Assembly (NCBI GenBank): GCA_965218535.1
Contig: CBDCLF010000001.1
Location: 1,003,150 to 1,067,149 of the forward strand
Direction of reading: 5' to 3'
DNA from: Friedmanniella sp.
GTDB taxonomy: Bacteria; Actinomycetota; Actinomycetes; Propionibacteriales; Propionibacteriaceae
DNA length: 64,000 bases
The notes under the pieces were generated by a model that did not search any database, was not told the DNA's origin, and worked only from the letters and a program-made list of their open reading frames with translations. Positions 59,032-64,000 of this stretch are shown in pieces (position 1 is the stretch's first letter; every line of letters begins with the position of its first letter). The position numbers and the translations under genes were made by a program.

Positions 59032-60485
59032 CCGGGCGTACTCCCCCGGACAGAACCCTCGGGTCGCAGTCGCTGCCACCAGGTCGCGTCGGGTGCCCGG
59101 TCCAGCACGCCTCCGGTCGGATCGTCTAGACCGTCGGCGCGGACCGGGTCCGTACCTGGGGCTAACGCGTCGCGGACGACGACGGCCACCACCCACACCT
59201 GGGTGACCAGCCGCAGGATCACCGCCAGCCAGTAGACCCGATCCGCGGAGCTGTCACCGGGGCTGAGGTAACCGCCCAGATGCCACCAGATCGCCACGAA
59301 GTAGACCATCTCGCCGACGGTGAAGATCCACCAGTCCCGCCAACGGGGGCGGGCCAACACCAGCAACGGCAGCAACCACAACACGTACTGCGGCGAGTAG
59401 ACCTTGTTGGTGATCAAGAACGCCGCCACCACCAGAAACGCCACGGCGCCGAACCGCGGCCGCCGCGGTGCGGCCAGGATCAGTGCTCCGATGCCCAGGC
59501 AGGCCAGTGCGAACAGACCGGCACTGACCGCGTTGAGGTGCGGCACGGGGTGCCCAGCCAGCGAGGCGACGTACCAGATCGAGCCGAGGTCGCCGCCGCG
59601 TTCGGAGTTGAACGTCCAAAAGCTCAACCACGCCTGCGGGGCACTCACCAGCACCGGCAGGTTGACCACCAGCCAGCTCACCGCAAAACCCAGCAGCGCG
59701 AAGCCGAACGCCCGCATCCGGGTGCTGCGTAGACACAGCAGCAGCAGCGGTCCGAACAGCAGCACCGGATAGAGCTTGGCCGCCATCCCCAGCCCGAGCA
59801 GCACCCCGGCCAGCGTCGGCCGACGACGGGACCAGGCCCAGACGCCGGCCGCGGTCAGCGCGACCGGCAGCAGGTCCCAATTGATCAGGGCGGTCGCGGC
59901 CACGCTCGGGGCGGCCGCGAACATGATCGCGTCCCAGGGCCGGGCCGGCACGGTGGCGATCTGGGCCCCGACCGCGACCAGGAGCAACGCCCCGAGCGCG
60001 AAGATGTTGACGCCGACGAAGACCGAGGTGGCGTCGACTTGTTGCTGAGCGGTCAGACCGAGGCCGGTCGGGGCCCCGAGCAGCACGGTGATCCGCCGTT
60101 CCAGTTCCAGGAACGCGCCGGTCAGGACGGGATACTCCAGGACGGGATAGTTTCCCGAATCGAGATAGGGGACGTTGCCCTGGAGCAACCCGCGGTCGGC
60201 GTAAAGCAGGCCGATGTCGGAGTAGCAGAGCAGTTTGAACGAGTCCGGCACCTGGCCGGCGGTGGTGATCCGGCAGGGCAGCCGGAACACGACCCCGGCG
60301 AGGTAGACCAGGGTGGTGACCGCCAGGATCACCCGCGCCGGACGCCACCACCCCGGCGCCGGGCCGGCGTACCGGCCCAGCGGTCCCCCGATCCGCTGGG
60401 TCATCGCGGTCGCGAAGCCGTCAGCCTGCCGTTGACCGGCCGGCGAAGGCGCCGATGGCGGAAGCTCCTGCGCGGTGGGCATCAC
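59028..60485 (-). CDS. GT87 / DUF2029 membrane glycosyltransferase
   Basis: CYSDI..LY, EYPVLTG, INWDL, AKLYP, NKVYSPQY.LWL. Confidence 0.9.
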   Translation of the reverse strand: MMPTAQELPPSAPSPAGQRQADGFATAMTQRIGGPLGRYAGPAPGWWRPARVILAVTTLVYLAGVVFRLPCRITTAGQVPDSFKLLCYSDIGLLYADRGLLQGNVPYLDSGNYPVLEYPVLTGAFLELERRITVLLGAPTGLGLTAQQQVDATSVFVGVNIFALGALLLVAVGAQIATVPARPWDAIMFAAAPSVAATALINWDLLPVALTAAGVWAWSRRRPTLAGVLLGLGMAAKLYPVLLFGPLLLLCLRSTRMRAFGFALLGFAVSWLVVNLPVLVSAPQAWLSFWTFNSERGGDLGSIWYVASLAGHPVPHLNAVSAGLFALACLGIGALILAAPRRPRFGAVAFLVVAAFLITNKVYSPQYVLWLLPLLVLARPRWRDWWIFTVGEMVYFVAIWWHLGGYLSPGDSSADRVYWLAVILRLVTQVWVVAVVVRDALAPGTDPVRADGLDDPTGGVLDRAPDATWWQRLRPEGSVRGSTPG

Positions 60486-60501
60486 GGCTCAGCAGTCACG
60501 C

Positions 60502-62808
60502 TCAGCGGCCGCTGGCCGTGGCCGAGGGTCGCGACACCGCTCGTTGGGCCGGCTTGGGGCCCGGCTTCGCGGTCGGCTTGCCCTTCGGTTTGGTGGTGGC
60601 TCGCGCACTCGGGCCCGTGGTGGCCTTGCCACTCGGCTTCGTCGTGGGCTTCGCACTCGGCGACGAGGGCGGTCTAGAGGTCGGCGTCGACGTGGGTTTC
60701 GGGGCGGTTGACGTCGGTGACGTGGTCGGCTTAGAACTGGCCGAGCGGCTCGGCGGCGTCGGCGGACGCGTCGTCGCCCCGGGCTGAGGCGCCGCGCTGG
60801 ACGTCGGTTGCGGGGCGTAGCTCGGCGAGCGGTCGGCGTTCACGTACGCCGGCGGGTCGAACCGCTTCACATCCTGGCCCCGGGTCGCGGTCTCCATGTA
60901 GCGGGTCCAGGTCTGAGCGGGGTAGGTGGCGCCGAAGAAGGTGGTGTCGCCCGGCTGCTTGTAGGGGTCCAGGCTGGCCGTTCCGGTGTCGCCGGCGACG
61001 TACATCACCGCCGTTGCGATCTGGGGCGTGTAACCCACGAACCACGACGAGTTGACGATGTTGCCGCCGTTAGGGCTCTCGACCCCGTTGGTGCCGGTCT
61101 TGCCGGCCACCGGCCGGCCTAGCGTCTGCACCGAGCGGCCCGTGCCCTGCTCGACCACGTTCGACAGCGCGTACGTCACGTCACGGGCTACGTCCTCACT
61201 GACCGCTCGGTCCTGCTTCGAGTCGGCCCGGTAGATCACGTTCCCGCCGGCGTCTTGGACCTCCTTGACCACGTGCGGCGCGACGTGCACCCCGCCGTTG
61301 GCGAAGGTGGCGTAACCGCTGGCCTGGTTCAGCGGGCTGACCTCCGGGGTGCCGATCGGAATGTTGCGCTCGGCGGCGCCCCAGCCGCGGGTCTTCGGGG
61401 CTCCGGCGTCCTCGGCGACCTTCAGCGTCTTGTCCTTGCCGTCCTTCATGCTGGTCACCAAGTCGACGAACGCGGTGTTGATCGACAACGCGGTCGCCCG
61501 GATCAGGTTGACCCGGTAGCCGTACTGATCGGAGTTCTCGTTGCGGACCACGATCGGGTCGCCGGGCAGCCGGAAGGAGTTGCCGTGGAAGGTGGAGCGC
61601 AGGCTGTAGCCGTCCTCCAGCCCGGCGGCCAGCGCGTAGGTCTTGAACGTCGACGCAGTCGGCCGGGCGGTGGTGGCCCAGTTGCGCGAATTCTGGACGT
61701 AGTCGGGGCCGCCGTAGAGGGCGAGGACGGCGCCGCTGTCGACGTCGACCGAGGCCACCGCAGCGTGCAGTTTGTTGGCCTTGCGGCCCGAAGCGTCCGC
61801 GGCTGCCCTGGTCGTCTGTTGGGCCGCCTTCACCGCGGCGGCCTGGTCCTGCTTGTCGAAGGTGGTGGTGATCTTCAGCCCGCCGCCTTGGACCTGGGAG
61901 GCGTCCAGGCCGGCCTGGGTCAGCTCCTGCTCGACCATTTTGAGCAGGAATCCCTGCGGGCCGCCGAAGCGCTCACTGGTCTTGATCTTCGGGAACTTGG
62001 GTAGCTTGCGGCTGTCCTTGGCGGCCTGAGCCGGGGTGATGGCGCCGGTCTGGTTCATCGACTCCAAGACGTAGCGGTAACGCTCGAGCAGCCGCGGAGT
62101 GTCGTTGTCGTCGGCGGGGTCGAAGGCGCTGGGGTTGTTGATGATGCTGGCCAGCGCTGCGGCCTGGCGGACGCTCAGCTTGTCGGCGTCCTCGCCGAAG
62201 TACGTCTGGCTGGCGGACTGGATCCCGTACGCCCCGTGCCCGAAGTAGATCGTGTTCAGGTAGCCCTGCAGGATCTCTTCCTTGCTGACCTGCCGGTTCA
62301 GCTTGTAGGCCAAAAACAGCTCCCGGAATTTCCGGGCGATGGTCTGGCTGGAGTTCAGATACTTGATCTTGATGTACTGCTGGGTGATCGTCGATCCGCC
62401 CTGGACCTCACCGCCGCGGGCGATCACCCACGCGGCCCGGACCAACCCCCGCAGCGACACGCCCGGGTCGGTCCAAAAGGTCCGGTTCTCCGCGGCCACC
62501 ACCGCTTGCTTGATGCTGTCCGGCATGGCGTCGAAGTCCAGCGGCTGCCGGTTCTGAATCGCGAACGTCCCCAGCTCGGACTTGCCGTCGTCGTAGTAGA
62601 CGAACGTCGTCGCGGTCTGGAAGTCGGCCCGGGGATTCGGCAGCTTGGTGGTGGTGTAGCCGTAGGCGATCACGCCGAGACCCGCGACCAGGCAGAGCGC
62701 GATCAGCAGGCCGACCGCCTTCGCAGCCCGGGCGAACCACCGGCGGCTGCCAGGTTTGGGCGCGTTGCGCGGTTTCTTGTCGACGGGGCCCCAGGAGGGG
62801 TCAGCCAT
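60502..62808 (-). CDS. ponA: Class A penicillin-binding protein (PonA1-like)
   Basis: AAENR, GGSTITQQ, YLNTIYFG; STFK, SINT, KTGT; Pro/Thr-rich tail. Confidence 0.95.
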   Translation of the reverse strand: MADPSWGPVDKKPRNAPKPGSRRWFARAAKAVGLLIALCLVAGLGVIAYGYTTTKLPNPRADFQTATTFVYYDDGKSELGTFAIQNRQPLDFDAMPDSIKQAVVAAENRTFWTDPGVSLRGLVRAAWVIARGGEVQGGSTITQQYIKIKYLNSSQTIARKFRELFLAYKLNRQVSKEEILQGYLNTIYFGHGAYGIQSASQTYFGEDADKLSVRQAAALASIINNPSAFDPADDNDTPRLLERYRYVLESMNQTGAITPAQAAKDSRKLPKFPKIKTSERFGGPQGFLLKMVEQELTQAGLDASQVQGGGLKITTTFDKQDQAAAVKAAQQTTRAAADASGRKANKLHAAVASVDVDSGAVLALYGGPDYVQNSRNWATTARPTASTFKTYALAAGLEDGYSLRSTFHGNSFRLPGDPIVVRNENSDQYGYRVNLIRATALSINTAFVDLVTSMKDGKDKTLKVAEDAGAPKTRGWGAAERNIPIGTPEVSPLNQASGYATFANGGVHVAPHVVKEVQDAGGNVIYRADSKQDRAVSEDVARDVTYALSNVVEQGTGRSVQTLGRPVAGKTGTNGVESPNGGNIVNSSWFVGYTPQIATAVMYVAGDTGTASLDPYKQPGDTTFFGATYPAQTWTRYMETATRGQDVKRFDPPAYVNADRSPSYAPQPTSSAAPQPGATTRPPTPPSRSASSKPTTSPTSTAPKPTSTPTSRPPSSPSAKPTTKPSGKATTGPSARATTKPKGKPTAKPGPKPAQRAVSRPSATASGR

Positions 62809-63220
62809 AGATGTCCTCGACGGTCTGCTGGCGTCGCGGGGGTTTCCGCTTGATCCCGTCGCCCAGCAGGAACGAGGCGATCATGTGGTTCCAGCTGCAG
62901 TGCAGGCAGACCTCGACGACGACGACCTTGAACTCTCCGTACTCGTGGGCCATCTCCTCCAGCTCGGGTCGCCGCTTGATCCGTCCGGAGTACTGACCGA
63001 GCTGATCGCCGAACACGTAGTGCAGGTTGACGATGTCGGCCGCCTCGCACACCGGGCACGGCACCTGGGCCGGCTCGCCATGATGCTTGGCCGCACGCAG
63101 CAGCATCGGGTCGGCGTCGCACGCGTCCAGCCGGGCCAGCCGCCGCCCGGGACGCTGAAGTTCGGCCAGCGTGCGGCGTCGCTGCAGCGCATAGTCGATG
63201 ACTTCACGCTGCGACCACAT
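62801..63220 (-). CDS. DUF5318 family protein
   Basis: IDYALQRR, CDADP.L.RAA, CPVC, VVEVC..CSWNH; conserved position upstream of ponA. Confidence 0.92.
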   Translation of the reverse strand: MWSQREVIDYALQRRRTLAELQRPGRRLARLDACDADPMLLRAAKHHGEPAQVPCPVCEAADIVNLHYVFGDQLGQYSGRIKRRPELEEMAHEYGEFKVVVVEVCLHCSWNHMIASFLLGDGIKRKPPRRQQTVEDIYG

Positions 63221-63282
63221 AGGCTCCAGGATACGTGCGGCCTGCCCCCCGGATGCCCGACGCAACCCACGTCACAGTCCCC

Positions 63283-63487
63283 AACGCCCCCTGAGCCTCT
63301 CGAACGCCCCCTGAGCTTGTCGAAGGGCCTCGAAGAGGTCGGCATCCCCGAACCCCCTGAGCTTGTCGCGCCCAACGCCCCCTGAGCTTGTCGAAGGGCC
63401 TCGAAGAGGTCGGCATCTCGCGGAACGCCCCCTGAGCTTGTCGAACGCCCCCTGAGCTTGTCGAAGGGCCTCGAAGAGGTCGGCATC
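63283..63487 (-). repeat. Second array of the REP-like TTCGACAAGCTCAGGGGGCG family (opposite orientation)
   Basis: CCCCCTGAGCTTGTCG x5 plus degenerate CCCCCTGAGCCTCTCGAA; GGGCCTCGAAGAGGTCGGCATC x3. Confidence 0.93.
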
Positions 63488-63584
63488 CGGCGCGAACGGG
63501 CAACGAACAGGCAGAGTCGGGCTGGACTACAGTGACCCCGCTCACTCCGAGCACGTACGAGTCCACTCCACGAGAGGTCTTCCA

Positions 63585-64000
63585 ATGGCTCCCACCCGGC
63601 AGTACCAGCTGGTCGACCGCAACCTGGGGCTGGACCTGATGCGCTCCACCGAGGCCGCGGCAATGGCCGCCGGCCGCTGGGCCGGCCGGGGTGAGAAGGA
63701 GAGCGGCGACGGGGCCGCGGTGGACGCGATGCGCAGCGTGCTCGGCGGGGTGCCGATGCGCGGGGTGGTGGTGATCGGCGAGGGCGAGAAGGACGAGGCC
63801 CCGATGCTGCACAACGGGGAGGAGGTCGGTGACGGCACCGGTCCGGAGATGGACGTGGCGGTCGACCCCGTCGACGGCACCACGCTGCTGGCCAAGGGGA
63901 TGCCGAACGCGATCGCGGTGCTGGCGGTGGCCGACCGCGGCAGTATGTACGACCCCAAGGACGTGTTCTACATGGACAAGTTGGTGGTCGGCCCGGACGC
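63585..64000 (+). CDS. glpX: Class II fructose-1,6-bisphosphatase (partial)
   Basis: Read from the sequence (absent from the ORF track): [44 protein letters not shown]. Confidence 0.95.
   Translation, partial: MAPTRQYQLVDRNLGLDLMRSTEAAAMAAGRWAGRGEKESGDGAAVDAMRSVLGGVPMRGVVVIGEGEKDEAPMLHNGEEVGDGTGPEMDVAVDPVDGTTLLAKGMPNAIAVLAVADRGSMYDPKDVFYMDKLVVGPD

Noticed and set aside
63283-63487. Possible CRISPR array
   Set aside because: Linkers are under 10 nt and irregular; same family as the REP-like array

Overview
High-GC actinobacterial chromosomal segment; gene order and protein sequences suggest Propionibacteriaceae (Microlunatus/Friedmanniella-like), which is an inference. It is mostly core genome: two tRNA-Ser, LCP, a heterodimeric ABC exporter, bpa, an atypical WhiB, serS, pheA, adenosine deaminase, arcA, fpg/nei, aat, rpsF-ssb-rpsR-rplI, nfo, a Ser/Thr kinase, pta-ackA, a femX/alanine-racemase-like pair, DUF5318-ponA-GT87 and a partial glpX. 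No integrase, transposase, prophage or CRISPR is visible. Most interesting: (1) adjacent SDR reductase, acyltransferase and alkyl-DHAP-synthase-like genes that together mirror the eukaryotic ether-lipid pathway; (2) a LacI-controlled, compositionally distinct sugar islet with a Tat-exported beta-1,2-glucanase-clan enzyme; (3) a WhiB with a long Cys spacer fused to an HTH; (4) two rod-shaped candidate sRNAs, one beside a G15 tract; (5) a modular REP-like repeat family in inverted orientation at both ends of the window. All calls come from motif recognition by eye; no database searches were run.
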